DNA of 64,000 bases from Phycisphaerae bacterium (GCA_963666835.2 CAXXGO010000001.1:128001-192000), one strand, 5' to 3'; shown: positions 37,362 through 48,195, counted from the stretch's first letter. Numbers and translations: made by a program. The notes: generated by a model from the sequence alone, not told the origin.

Positions 37362-38936
37362 ATGTTGCGTCGCCCATTCTGTTCATTGTCCATCGGTGTC
37401 GCCGCCCTTATTGTCGGCGGCGTCCACGGCTGCCATAGACCAGACCGAACACGGCAGTTGGCGGTAACGACAAAGCCGGCGGAAGATCACTCAGAGGCTT
37501 CAACCCAGGCAGCTTCTTCAAAACCATCCGACGGCTCCGCTCATTCCCTCAGCAAGAAACCGCTCCATGAGAGGCTTCTCGCCGACGCTCTCCTTGTGGA
37601 CGAGTATGAAGGAATCGCCGAGAACTGCCTCATCTGTCACTCCGGTCACGCCGACGATCTTATCAAAACGGTGCACTGGAATTGGAAGGGCGCCGTTACT
37701 GACATCGAGGGGCTCGCGGGCCAAGTCCACGGCAAGCGAGACCTGATTAACAACTGTTGCATAGGGGTCTCCTCGAACGAAGGCCGCTGCACCGCGTGTC
37801 ACCCGAGTTACGGGTGGAAGTCCGGCACTGACGAGTCGTTCTTCACCGACCCGGCCAACATCGACTGTCTTGTATGCCATGACACCACCGGCAAGTACCG
37901 TAAGCACCCGACGGCCGGCGGCGGAGGCGGAATGGCGGCTTTGCTGGTGGACAATACGGTGGTTCCGGTTGAGCCCGCAGACCTCACTGAGATTGCGTAC
38001 AATGTCGGGAAACCCACGCGGGCCAATTGCGGATTGTGCCATTTCTATGCGGGCGGCGGTGACAATGTGAAGCATGGCGATCTCTCATCGGACCTGATTG
38101 CGCCGGCGGCGGCAGACGACGTTCACATGGGCGGGGAGAACTTCTCCTGCCAGGAATGCCACACAGAATCCAACCACAGGATTGCCGGCACTACTGCCAT
38201 GTATGGCCACGAAGGAGAAGTATCATGTACGGACTGCCACGACGATAACGAATCGCACACGGAAGGCGATGAGCAAATCGCCGCCGTGCTGAACCGGCAT
38301 ACGGAGCGCGTGGCTTGCCAAACCTGCCATATACCGAGGTTTTCACGCAGCCAGGCGACGAAAGTCGAGTGGTATTGGGATGAAGCCGGCGAGGACCGCG
38401 CCGATAGCCCGACGCAATTCGGTAAGCCGACTTACAGCAAAGGGAAGGGGCGCTTCGTCTGGGCGAAGAACGTCAAGCCTACGTACTTGTGGTTCGACGG
38501 TAAATGGAAGCGCATGGTTGTGAATGCTCTAGACACATACAGCCAGGCCGGCACGGTTGCCGACCCGGTTGTCGTCGCCGCGCCAACGGCTTCAATCGAC
38601 AATGAGGATGCGAAGATCTCCCCGTTTAAGAAGCTGGCCGGCCGACAGCCGGCCGACACCGTCAACAAGCGGCTGCTTGTACCGCACCTATTCGGCGACG
38701 GGCCAGGACCGAACCCGTATTGGGCGGAGTTTGAATGGGATCGGTCGATTGCCGAAGGTACGGCCTACTCCGGCCAGCCCTATAGCGGCCAATACGGCTT
38801 TGCGAACACTGTCGCCTACTTCAGCATCAATCACGAGGTCGCACCAAAGGAAGCTGCGTTGCGCTGTAACGACTGCCACGGGGACGAGGGGTTCTTCAAG
38901 GCGTTGGGCTATGATAAGGACCCCTCGCGGGATTAG
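37362..38936 (+). CDS. Octaheme c-type cytochrome, tetrathionate reductase (OTR) family, lipoprotein
   Basis: Lipobox VHGC; eight CxxCH (CLICH, CTACH, CLVCH, CGLCH, CQECH, CTDCH, CQTCH, CNDCH); HWNW, GK...INNCC, GGGDNVKHGDL, NHEVAPKE. Confidence 0.92.
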   Translation: MLRRPFCSLSIGVAALIVGGVHGCHRPDRTRQLAVTTKPAEDHSEASTQAASSKPSDGSAHSLSKKPLHERLLADALLVDEYEGIAENCLICHSGHADDLIKTVHWNWKGAVTDIEGLAGQVHGKRDLINNCCIGVSSNEGRCTACHPSYGWKSGTDESFFTDPANIDCLVCHDTTGKYRKHPTAGGGGGMAALLVDNTVVPVEPADLTEIAYNVGKPTRANCGLCHFYAGGGDNVKHGDLSSDLIAPAAADDVHMGGENFSCQECHTESNHRIAGTTAMYGHEGEVSCTDCHDDNESHTEGDEQIAAVLNRHTERVACQTCHIPRFSRSQATKVEWYWDEAGEDRADSPTQFGKPTYSKGKGRFVWAKNVKPTYLWFDGKWKRMVVNALDTYSQAGTVADPVVVAAPTASIDNEDAKISPFKKLAGRQPADTVNKRLLVPHLFGDGPGPNPYWAEFEWDRSIAEGTAYSGQPYSGQYGFANTVAYFSINHEVAPKEAALRCNDCHGDEGFFKALGYDKDPSRD

Positions 38937-39246
38937 AATAACACCGGAAGGAAGACCGGCGAGCGACACAGGAACTCCTCGGGCAGATTGCATGCCCCAC
39001 GTTTCCTGGGCATAGTGCGGATTGGCATCGCGCCAAGTAGGGTTGGACGTGCCCTGGTTGCCGCCCCACTGTTCGCTCGTACGAGAGTGCTGGGTGCGGC
39101 GCCACGGTCCACATTAGCGCGGACCTTTGCGTCCAGGCATTGAAGTAGGCGGGGCAGGCACGAACCCGGAGGATCATGCCTGCCCCGTAGGAGATAGTTC
39201 ACCTATATCGACTGTCGCGCAGTCGAGTACCTCTCGGCACTTGCCT

Positions 39247-40653
39247 CTATTCCGGCTCCGGTCCCGTAGCCCCAATGGCACTCATTTGCGACTCGGTAAG
39301 CGGTGTAGCAAACAGCATCTGATTCCCCTCGGTCGGACCGGTGTCATAATTCATCCACAAGGTCGGATCGCTTTCTGCTGCGGGCGTTGTCGGATCACCG
39401 GTGTAGTCGAGCCAAGCGAACAAAAAGGCTGTCGCCCAGTTCTCCGGCACGGGCACAATGCCACTTACTGACGTGAGTCTTGCAGCCCCTTCCTCGGTGT
39501 CATCCCAGGAGGCAATCGTAACCGTTCCAGCTTCATTGTACTCAGTAATAGCCTCAATGTCACCGCCGAAGTTGGCATGGCAGTCAGCGCAGACCCGACC
39601 CTGGTGAGCAATCGAGTGCGCGTAGTATGGAGCAATCGCAACGAACTTCTGTTGTTCGTTCACGACGCTCTGGAAGGTAGCTCCGTACACCTTGTCTTTA
39701 CCCTCTCTGTTGACCAGGAACACGAAGTCGCTGACCTTGGAGAAGGCACGTTTGTTGTTATCCATGGCGAGTTCACTGTCGAAGTGACAGTTGTAGCAAC
39801 TGAGCACCGACTGCATGTGACAGGCGGAGCAGTCGAGAGTCGCCAGGTGCGTGGCGTGTTCTGTTACAGTGGTGGGGGGGGCGGTCGCGCTGCCACCCTC
39901 GACGTGGCAATCCTGGCACGCCGCGTGTGGGTAATCCGGGTCCAAGAAAGACGTGTACTCGTTACCGTCGCCATGCATGTCCACTAAGCCGTGACATGCC
40001 GTGCATGCCATGCCCGCGTCGCGGTGTACATCGGTGAACAAGGCGGCCTCAGATGTCTGGCGGCTGTGACACCCCGAGCAGAGGGCATCGTCGATGCCTT
40101 CGGAAGGATCATCGAGGTTAACGTGGCAGTTCTCGCAGCTTTCGCTCCCAGGCCACTCAACCGGCGGGTCTGCGTTCTCAAACCGCGACTTATCGTGGCA
40201 TTGGTCGCATGCCAATTCGTCGTATGGGACATTGGTTACCGTCTCGAACCCACCGTTGGCCGCGCTGTAAAACGTCTCCATGCCGCGGAAGTTGTCGTCA
40301 TGCAGACTTGTTGGGAAAGTGTCCTCCGGGCCAATCACGGCCTCTACGCATACGCCGTCGTCACACTCTTCGCCTTCCGCGCAATCCGCATCCGTTTCGC
40401 ACTCAGGCTCCGGCGCGGCCGTGCACACTCCATCGTCGCATACTTCGCCTTCTGCACAATCGGCGTCGGTAGTACACTCAGGCTCCGGTGCGGCGGTACA
40501 AACACCATCATCACACACTTGGCCTTCTGCGCAATCCGCGTCGGTCGTACACTCGGGGGTCGGCGTCGTAGGGCAGCCCACCGTCAACAGAACGCACACA
40601 AGTGGCGCGAGACCCAACGCCACCAATCTGAAAACTGCTCGTCTTCTTAACAT
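39247..40653 (-). CDS. Octaheme cytochrome c lipoprotein with three N-terminal Cys-rich repeats
   Basis: Lipobox TVGC; 3x ECxTDADCAEGxxCDDGVC; CDQCH, CENCH, CSGCH, CTACH, CQDCH, CSACH, CYNCH, CADCH. Confidence 0.88.
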   Translation of the reverse strand: MLRRRAVFRLVALGLAPLVCVLLTVGCPTTPTPECTTDADCAEGQVCDDGVCTAAPEPECTTDADCAEGEVCDDGVCTAAPEPECETDADCAEGEECDDGVCVEAVIGPEDTFPTSLHDDNFRGMETFYSAANGGFETVTNVPYDELACDQCHDKSRFENADPPVEWPGSESCENCHVNLDDPSEGIDDALCSGCHSRQTSEAALFTDVHRDAGMACTACHGLVDMHGDGNEYTSFLDPDYPHAACQDCHVEGGSATAPPTTVTEHATHLATLDCSACHMQSVLSCYNCHFDSELAMDNNKRAFSKVSDFVFLVNREGKDKVYGATFQSVVNEQQKFVAIAPYYAHSIAHQGRVCADCHANFGGDIEAITEYNEAGTVTIASWDDTEEGAARLTSVSGIVPVPENWATAFLFAWLDYTGDPTTPAAESDPTLWMNYDTGPTEGNQMLFATPLTESQMSAIGATGPEPE

Positions 40654-41068
40654 GCCATGTTCTCCCTGTTTGCCTTGATTAGCCGTGTATCACTCTGCGA
40701 CCGGCCGGATCCGTCTGACCAAGTCGGAGCATACAATCTCCGTTTCCGGCGTAGTAGATTGAAAGGTCATTCGTCTTGCAGGACCACCTCCCTGATGTCC
40801 GCTTCCAAGGGCTGCGGCCCGGTTTCTTGTCTTGAGCCCATCGGTGCCCAGGCATCCGAGCCGGGGCGAGAACTCCTCCCGGGCGCGATCGACGAATCGA
40901 CTACTAGAATCATCAGCTAAACCGATCAAGAGGTCAATAGGTGTGGACTTCGTCGGGCGGCCCCCCGGCGAGCCGCGGCAGGCGCCGCCGCCGTACCTGG
41001 CGTGGAATGTTGATTCCTGCGGCCTGGAGTGCGAGAATACGCCGCTACGCTCAACCAAAGGGGTTTTG

Positions 41069-41377
41069 ATGGGCAAAGGCCGACCAACAGAACGTATTCC
41101 CTCCCGGGTTCTTCAGGAAGTAGCTCCGGTACTCCGCGTGCCGGCCCATCCGCACCGCCTTCGAATCGTAGAGATTCTGATGCTCGAGTCGGTCTCGGTG
41201 GCGAAGCTGGCTTCGATGCTCAAGCTCGAGCCCCCCGTGGTCAGCCAGCATCTCGCCCAGATGCGAGCCAATCGGATTGTGACCCCACACCGCGAGGGCA
41301 AGCAGGTTTACTATGAAGTGATCAACCCCAACGCCACCAACCTGATCAATTGCATCCGGGCGCACGGCGCGGGATAG
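41069..41377 (+). CDS. ArsR/SmtB-family transcriptional regulator
   Basis: AHPHRLRIVEIL, VSQHLAQM, REGKQVYY. Confidence 0.85.
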   Translation: MGKGRPTERIPSRVLQEVAPVLRVPAHPHRLRIVEILMLESVSVAKLASMLKLEPPVVSQHLAQMRANRIVTPHREGKQVYYEVINPNATNLINCIRAHGAG

Positions 41378-41448
41378 CGTTTTCTTGACTGCCTGACGTG
41401 GCCCGAACGTACGTATGACCTATTCTTGTTAACATGGAGGATTATGAG

Positions 41449-43209
41449 ATGGCCGTTTCGAAGATGAAACAGTGTTTCCGTGGTCCAGCCTGCGCGGCTA
41501 TCACGATCGTGCTGCTTGCCGGCTTGGCGGGCTGTCCGACAGCACCCCCAACCGATGACAACGGCGATAACGGCGGCGGAGACACCCCGGTGGTAACCTG
41601 CGTTGCGTTATCTACGACGAGCTTCGATACGGATACGACCCTCCCTGCCGGTTGTTATATCGCAGAGTCGTCCGTTTCCGTTAATGACGGGGCTACCCTT
41701 ACTCTCGATCCGGGAGTCACGATCAAATTCCAGCAGAACGTGGAAATGACGGTCAGCGCCGGCGGGAAGTTGTCAGCGGTTGGTACCGCCGCCGAGCCGA
41801 TCGTGTTAACTGGGGAAGAGGAGATTCGGGGATACTGGGGTGGTTTGCGCTTCTATCAATCGAATTCCACCGTGAACCAACTCGACTACGTGACAATCGA
41901 GTACGGCGGTGGATATCATAACGCCAATCTGTATCTCGATGGCACCTCCAGCTCTCCCGTCCGCCTGAGCATCACCAATTGTCTGTTGCAGAACAGCGAG
42001 AGCTACGGCTTCGACTTCGACGACGACACGGTCATTGAGGAGTTCAACGGTAACACCATCACCGGGAACACCTTGGGCGCTGGATACGTCTCGGCCGAGG
42101 TGGCCGGCTATTTGGACGACACCAGCACTTACACCGGAAACGACAATGATGTTGTTGAGATTTGGGGCGGTACGGTGAAGACGGAGAAGACGTGGGCAGG
42201 CATCGATGGGGATTATCTCGTTAGCGGCAGCCTGTCCGTTTCCGCGGCGCTGACGGTGTCTCCGGGAGCGCAACTGGTATTCGAAGCGGGCGAGGAGATG
42301 AGTGTGTACTCGGACGGCTCGCTGGCGGCCGTCGGCACCGCGGATCGGCCGATCGTGCTTACCGGAGAAGAGGAGACCCGGGGATACTGGGGCGGGCTGC
42401 GTTTCTATCAATCGAATTCCACAGCGAACCAGCTCGACTACGTGACAATCGAGTACGGCGGTGGATACCACAACGCCAACTTGTATCTCGATGGGACTTC
42501 CAGCTCTCCCGTCCGCCTGAGCATGACAAACTGCCTGCTCCAGGGCAGTGACACCTACGGCTTCGACTTCGACGACAACACGATCATCGAGGAGTTCAGC
42601 GGGAACACCATTACGGGCAACACCCTGGGTGCCGGATACGCCTCGGCTGAAGTGGTCGGATACTTGGACGACACCAGTACCTACACCGGCAACGACAAGG
42701 ACGTCGTCGAAATCAGGGGCGGAACGGTGAAGACGGAGAAGACGTGGGCGGGTATCGATGGGGATTATCTTATCAGCGGTAGCGTGGCCGTTTCCGCGCC
42801 GCTGACGGTGTCGCCGGGAGCGCAACTGGTTTTCGAAGGGGGCCAGGAGATGAGTGTGTACTCGGACGGCTCGCTAGCGGCCGTCGGCACCGCGGATCAG
42901 CCGATTGTCTTCACCGGTGAAGGAAAGACGTCGGGATACTGGGGTGGGTTGCGCTTCTATCAATCGAACTCGGCCTTGAACCAACTCGACTACGTGACAA
43001 TAGAGTACGGCGGGGGGTATCACCGGGCGAACCTCTATCTTGACGGCTCATCCAGCTCACCGGTGACGTTGGACGTGACCAACAGCACGTTCCGGGGCAG
43101 CGCCGAGTGGGGTATTTATGCTGATACCGATACGACCCTGAACGAGGACGTCGAAGACGCGAATGTGTTCATTGATAACGTCGGTGGAGATTATTTCCAC
43201 GAGGTTTGA
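41449..43209 (+). CDS. Lipoprotein with right-handed beta-helix repeats (552-bp internal period)
   Basis: Lipobox LAGC; three LxAVGTAxxPIVxTG...YWGGLRF...IEYGG units, GYW codons at 41830, 42382 and 42934. Confidence 0.85.
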   Translation: MAVSKMKQCFRGPACAAITIVLLAGLAGCPTAPPTDDNGDNGGGDTPVVTCVALSTTSFDTDTTLPAGCYIAESSVSVNDGATLTLDPGVTIKFQQNVEMTVSAGGKLSAVGTAAEPIVLTGEEEIRGYWGGLRFYQSNSTVNQLDYVTIEYGGGYHNANLYLDGTSSSPVRLSITNCLLQNSESYGFDFDDDTVIEEFNGNTITGNTLGAGYVSAEVAGYLDDTSTYTGNDNDVVEIWGGTVKTEKTWAGIDGDYLVSGSLSVSAALTVSPGAQLVFEAGEEMSVYSDGSLAAVGTADRPIVLTGEEETRGYWGGLRFYQSNSTANQLDYVTIEYGGGYHNANLYLDGTSSSPVRLSMTNCLLQGSDTYGFDFDDNTIIEEFSGNTITGNTLGAGYASAEVVGYLDDTSTYTGNDKDVVEIRGGTVKTEKTWAGIDGDYLISGSVAVSAPLTVSPGAQLVFEGGQEMSVYSDGSLAAVGTADQPIVFTGEGKTSGYWGGLRFYQSNSALNQLDYVTIEYGGGYHRANLYLDGSSSSPVTLDVTNSTFRGSAEWGIYADTDTTLNEDVEDANVFIDNVGGDYFHEV

Positions 43210-43352
43210 CAGGTAGATCAGGTGTTGGCTTTCATGCGGATAATGGGCGCCGTCCATCGGGGGCGGCGCCCATCCTATGGGTCCGTGCCGGTGCTTCTCG
43301 CGAGGGTGCGTTCTTTCCGAGGAGCGCGGTAGTGGCCACGCGCCGGACATGG

Positions 43353-44795
43353 CTACCCTTTCCGCGTCGCGCGCGGTTTCTTGGGAAGCCGGCGGAAGGC
43401 CTGCATTACGAGCTGGCGCGCTTGCTGCCGGTCCACAATAGGCTTGGGATAATCGAGGTTTGCTGACGGCGGCTCCTGGGGACGGTGGATTCGTGGGGCG
43501 CGCAGTCCTGACAGTTCAGGGACGAAGCGACGGATGAAGTCACCATCGGGATCATAACGGCTGCTCTGGTTGAACGGATTGAAAACGCGGAAGTAGGGTG
43601 CTGCGTCAGTACCGGTCGAGGCCGACCACTGCCAACCGCCGTTGTTGCTGGCGAGATCGCCATCCACAAGATGCTGCATGAAGTAACGCTCGCCCCATCG
43701 CCAATCGATGAACAGGTCCTTGGTCAGGAACATGGCAGCTACCATTCGCAAGCGGTTATGCATCCACCCCGTTTGAACAAGCTGGCGCATGCCGGCATCG
43801 ACGAGTGGGAACCCAGTCCTGCCGGCGCACCACGAGTCGAACTGCTTGTGTTCGTATCGCCAAGGCAACTTATCTGTTTCAGGTTTGAAAGGGCGGTGCT
43901 TGCACACCCGCGGGAACCCGATCAGGATATGACGATAGAACTCGCGCCAAATCAGCTCGGCGATCCATGTCGAGATGCCCGGCTTACCGGAGTCGACTCG
44001 GCCATCGTTGGCGGCGACTGCGGTTTCCAGGCATTGTCGTGGTGAAATCACGCCGGCACTCAGATAAGGTGATAAGGTACTGGTGCCATCGAGAGCCGGG
44101 AAGTCTCGGTTCTTGTGATAGCTTTCGATGCGCTCGCCGGCGAACTTCTTCAAACGCCTGGCCGCCTCCTTCTCTCCTGCAGGCCAAAGATCGGGCCTAG
44201 CCCCTGCGGTGAAGCCCCGCAGCTCATCGGGCACCGGATCTGGGTCGATGTTCAACACGGCCTGACGCCGCGGCTTCGACCAGATGCGGGGCGGACCGTG
44301 TTCTTCCAGCGCTGCACACCACTTACGCTTGAACGGCGTGAACACGGTATACCAACCGCCTGAACCGGTCTCGATTCCCTCAACATCGAGGATCGTCTGA
44401 TCCGTGAATGACCGGACCTGCATGCCCTCCTTCTCGAAGCGACTCTTGACCACCCGATCTCGCTCGATTTCGTTGACTTCGTACTCGCGGTTGAAGAACA
44501 AGGCGCTGCACCGGTTCTGCCTGGCAACCTGCAAGAGCTTGGTGGGAACAGACGTGAACCGCCCCGTGCGAACCATCTTGAGTGGTATGTTCAATCTCGC
44601 CAAGGCTTCAGACAACGCGCGGACATTGCGAAGCACGAAATCCACCTTCATGCTCCCCCAGTCGTGATCGGCCCATTGCCTGGAACAAACCACGAACACG
44701 GCAACGACACCCTCGTCCGCGGCCTTGCAGGCATGGTGCAGCGCGGTGTTGTCCTGAACCCGCAGATCGGATCTGAACCACATCAGCGCTCGCAT
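43353..44795 (-). CDS. phrB: Deoxyribodipyrimidine (CPD) photolyase
   Basis: WFRSDLRVQDN, TSTLSPYL, ELIWREFY, GWMHNRLRM, DGDLASNNGGWQW, PYFRVFNP. Confidence 0.95.
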   Translation of the reverse strand: MRALMWFRSDLRVQDNTALHHACKAADEGVVAVFVVCSRQWADHDWGSMKVDFVLRNVRALSEALARLNIPLKMVRTGRFTSVPTKLLQVARQNRCSALFFNREYEVNEIERDRVVKSRFEKEGMQVRSFTDQTILDVEGIETGSGGWYTVFTPFKRKWCAALEEHGPPRIWSKPRRQAVLNIDPDPVPDELRGFTAGARPDLWPAGEKEAARRLKKFAGERIESYHKNRDFPALDGTSTLSPYLSAGVISPRQCLETAVAANDGRVDSGKPGISTWIAELIWREFYRHILIGFPRVCKHRPFKPETDKLPWRYEHKQFDSWCAGRTGFPLVDAGMRQLVQTGWMHNRLRMVAAMFLTKDLFIDWRWGERYFMQHLVDGDLASNNGGWQWSASTGTDAAPYFRVFNPFNQSSRYDPDGDFIRRFVPELSGLRAPRIHRPQEPPSANLDYPKPIVDRQQARQLVMQAFRRLPKKPRATRKG

Positions 44796-45009
44796 GGTCT
44801 ATTCGCGTCCTGACGCATGTTCGAGGTCGATATTCAACTCGTTACCCATGTATTGGGCATGAGCACTTGTCCTTCGGCGGTCTTTATCGCTTATACGATA
44901 CGCGCTTTCGAGAATCACCACCATCCTGCGGATACCACGACACCGGCGGTGATTGCAGACTGCGAAGCCCTACGGGACCGCTATGAACGGACAAGTGATC
45001 ACGAGGTTT

Positions 45010-45963
45010 TCAGGCAGCGGCTGAGGACAGCCAGTCGGGCGGACAGATTTCCCCGAGGATGTCGTGGGCGGTGGCGGCGGAGGCTTGGTTGAAGACCTCC
45101 TCTTCGCGCGGGGCACTGAGCACGAAGTCCCCGGCCACTTCGAAGCCGCCGACTAAGCCCTTGGCCGCAGCCGTAGAGTGCCGCCGGTCGCGGGGGAAGA
45201 CAAACAGGCAGACTTCGTCCTCCGGGGTAGCGATCAGCAGGTTGATACTGCGGTGTTGGGCGTCGCCGTCGAGCCATCGCTGGGCGGCGGTGTGGGCGCG
45301 GTTCAGGCCGTCATCTTCCAGAGTGAATCGGCAGACCCCCGTCGGATAGAAATCCTGCCGATCGGCGTGGAGATGCTCGATCGGCATCGGTGCGGTCGTT
45401 ATCTGATAGTGCAGGTGCCAGGGGATACTCGCCCCGGCTCCCGGCCCGTTGAACAGCACGCGAAACTGCCCGGCGGTCTGCATGTGCAGGTCAAGCATCG
45501 CTTCGAGAGCATGTCGGGTGTAATGCTGGTCGGTGTGCTCGGCGGACATAATCGTGAAGTGGTTCGGCTCGATCCAAGCGAAATTGGCCCCGGCAAGGTA
45601 GTCACGCCCGGCCAGTTCCAACGGCAGCAGGATCTCCCGGGGATGACACTCGGCGATGTTCTCGGCGCACAGGAAGCAGTGCCGCCCGTACGGGTCGCGC
45701 TCATCGCGGAACAGCTTGCTCTCGTCGCGCTCCGGGTTGAGGATGCCGCGGCTTTCCAGCTCGCCCACGTCGCCGCGGATCTCACGGTGGGGCATCCAGC
45801 GGAAGCGATAGTTGACCCCGCAGCGGTGGTCGATGTCTTCGCGCACGGGCATGTCCGGACAATCCGGATCGATCAGCAGGAAACCGTCCATTCCCTGCTT
45901 CGCCCAGGTGTCCGTGAGTCTCTTCGAGAGTTTGGTTTTAGGGGCTGCGAATCCGCTACCCAT
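45010..45963 (-). CDS. HIT-superfamily nucleotidyl phosphorylase (HxHxQ; DUF4922/GDPGP1/Ap4A-phosphorylase-like)
   Basis: CFLC..N, HFTI, FNGPGAGASIPWHLHYQ. Confidence 0.75.
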   Translation of the reverse strand: MGSGFAAPKTKLSKRLTDTWAKQGMDGFLLIDPDCPDMPVREDIDHRCGVNYRFRWMPHREIRGDVGELESRGILNPERDESKLFRDERDPYGRHCFLCAENIAECHPREILLPLELAGRDYLAGANFAWIEPNHFTIMSAEHTDQHYTRHALEAMLDLHMQTAGQFRVLFNGPGAGASIPWHLHYQITTAPMPIEHLHADRQDFYPTGVCRFTLEDDGLNRAHTAAQRWLDGDAQHRSINLLIATPEDEVCLFVFPRDRRHSTAAAKGLVGGFEVAGDFVLSAPREEEVFNQASAATAHDILGEICPPDWLSSAAA

Positions 45964-47368
45964 GTACCACCTTCCCCTCAGCCGACACGCCCAAGTCGCT
46001 CAACAGTTTCTCCGTCAGGTGACGCCAGGTAAAGTAGGGTACCGTGATTTCCCGCGCCCTGGCTCCCCGGCGAGCCCGCTCGTCGTCGTCTTGAAGCATG
46101 CGGATCAGCGCAGCGGAGAACCCCTCGATGAAGTCGGCCGGCACTACGGTCCCGCCCTCCCCGACGAGCAAATGCCTGGTCGCGTCGTGATCCGGCAGGG
46201 ACACATGTTCGGGGTTAGGGCCGAGAAGGTACTCACACACAAAAGGCACGAGGTTCGACGCGATTACCGGCTTGCCGGTGGCGGCGGCCTCTTGGGCGCT
46301 CATGCCGAAGCCCTCCATTACCGAGGGCGTGCAGAAAACGTCCGTGACGTTGTAGAGCAGCGGCAAGATATCCCAGACCGAGCCGAGGACGATGACGTCG
46401 TCCTTCAGATCCAGTTCGTCGATCAGTTTGAGCAGCGAGTCGTGCAGAGCTTCGGCGTGCGGATCGATCGAGACCATCAGCAGCGCCTCGGGAATCTGCT
46501 TCTTGGCCTGGGCGAAGGCTTTGATTAGGACGTCCTTGCGTTTGGTCTTGTCCGTGCGACTGACCTCAGTGACAAACTTGCGGCTCTTGAGGTCGTCAAT
46601 GGCTCGTCCGGACTGCTCGGCGAGGAACGTCCAGACCGGCTCGATCTCCTCCGCCGACCGCGGGCGATAACGCTGTTCATCGATGCACGGCGGCAGGAAA
46701 TAGCGGGCGTCGTAGCCGTAGTCGTCCTTGAACGTGTCGCGGATCGCACTCGAGGTGGCTACGCCGCCGTCGATCGACTTGAGCAGTTCGTGCTCTTCGG
46801 CGATCCGTTCGTCTATGCGGAGATTCTCCCACGTGGAAGGGTCCATGTTGCGTTTCTTCAACGCTCCGAGCGAGTGCGGAACCCACACGTGCGGCAGGCG
46901 CGGCTCGTTGGCTTTGTTAATCAACACGCCCAACTTTCCGGCATCCCAGTAATGGGAGATGATGACCTCGTATGTATCGCCGTCTTGGGTCAGCCGGCGG
47001 GTCAGATCTTCGGCGAGGGCCGGGAGCTGTTCGTTCATGTCCTCCTTGCGGATGAACTTGGGAGTGCCGTCTTCGACGTACATGATGCGGGCGTGGCCCG
47101 ACGGATGGTAGACGGTACCGGTCTGCATCTTACCCGTCTTGGGGTGCGGGTACCCGCCGCGGTTGGCGATGGTTACGCGGTAGCCCTGGGCGATCATGGC
47201 CTCGGTGAACTGATTGACGTAGACGTTCTGCCCCCCGGTGTCAGGCATGCCGGGAACAACCTGCCACTCGTGCACGCCGTGGTTGGTAATCATGAGGATG
47301 TGGGTACGACCGCTCTGGGTGAACGTATCGTGGCCCTCGCCGGCGTGCGGATTTCCTGTAGTCCCCAT
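45956..47368 (-). CDS. GT4 glycosyltransferase, sucrose-/mannosylfructose-phosphate synthase-like paralog
   Basis: HG...PDTGGQNVYV, SHYWDAG, VPHSLG, EGFGMSAQEAAA. Confidence 0.85.
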   Translation of the reverse strand: MGTTGNPHAGEGHDTFTQSGRTHILMITNHGVHEWQVVPGMPDTGGQNVYVNQFTEAMIAQGYRVTIANRGGYPHPKTGKMQTGTVYHPSGHARIMYVEDGTPKFIRKEDMNEQLPALAEDLTRRLTQDGDTYEVIISHYWDAGKLGVLINKANEPRLPHVWVPHSLGALKKRNMDPSTWENLRIDERIAEEHELLKSIDGGVATSSAIRDTFKDDYGYDARYFLPPCIDEQRYRPRSAEEIEPVWTFLAEQSGRAIDDLKSRKFVTEVSRTDKTKRKDVLIKAFAQAKKQIPEALLMVSIDPHAEALHDSLLKLIDELDLKDDVIVLGSVWDILPLLYNVTDVFCTPSVMEGFGMSAQEAAATGKPVIASNLVPFVCEYLLGPNPEHVSLPDHDATRHLLVGEGGTVVPADFIEGFSAALIRMLQDDDERARRGARAREITVPYFTWRHLTEKLLSDLGVSAEGKVVHG

Positions 47369-47445
47369 AGGTGGAGTCCCTTATCGCAAGAAGTAGTTCT
47401 GAAAAACTCAACAACAGCGAACGAGTGGCCCCGTCCGCAGGGGGC

Positions 47446-48195
47446 TCAGCAGCATCCGGCCTCGAGCCACCCGTGGGCTTTTAAGCCCTCATGAATCCCC
47501 GCGGCGAACGACGCCGTCGCGTGATAGACATGAGGGGCTTTGAACTGTTTCAGTTCGTCGGCGGAGTTGCCGACGGCGATGCCCTTGAAACCGAGTTCGG
47601 TACGCATCATGTCAAGGTCGTTCCCCGTGTCGCCGCTGGTGATGACGTTTTCCGGGGGAATGCCGAAATGTTGCGCCACATACCGGACGGCCTCACCCTT
47701 TCCGGAACGGATCGGCAGCAGGTCAAGGAATCTGCTCGCCGAGTACACGACTTTCGCCCGAAGTCCGGCGTCGTCGAGCCGCTTGTGGAGCTCGTCCAGG
47801 CGTTGCTCGACGTTTTCCTCGAGGTAGTAGCTGCTCTTGAACGGCGACTGCCATTGGGCATCCTGCATTCGCGCCTCGGGGATCTCGCGCAGGATCCCCT
47901 CGACGGTCTGCTTGTCCCAGTCTTCGGCAATGACCTGATGCCAGGATTCGTCGAGGCGGTATTCCCCGTCCTGGCGATAATACGTGTCCGTACCGACCAT
48001 GCAGATGCAAACGTCGGCCCGCCGGGTGAGTTGTTTCTCGGCGTAGAAGTCTTCGATTGATTTGAGGTGTCGGCCGGTGGAAAAGGCCACCAGGATGTCG
48101 CGAGCCTCCAGGGCATCCCACAGGACGCTCATGGCCTCGTCGTCGCCAATGAAGGTCCCGTCCAAATCTGTCGCCAGCAGGCGTTTCATTGACAT
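47446..48195 (-). CDS. HAD-IIB sucrose-/mannosylfructose-phosphate phosphatase
   Basis: ATDLDGT, STGR, KSSY, LDLLP..SGKG, GDTGND. Confidence 0.88.
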   Translation of the reverse strand: MSMKRLLATDLDGTFIGDDEAMSVLWDALEARDILVAFSTGRHLKSIEDFYAEKQLTRRADVCICMVGTDTYYRQDGEYRLDESWHQVIAEDWDKQTVEGILREIPEARMQDAQWQSPFKSSYYLEENVEQRLDELHKRLDDAGLRAKVVYSASRFLDLLPIRSGKGEAVRYVAQHFGIPPENVITSGDTGNDLDMMRTELGFKGIAVGNSADELKQFKAPHVYHATASFAAGIHEGLKAHGWLEAGCC

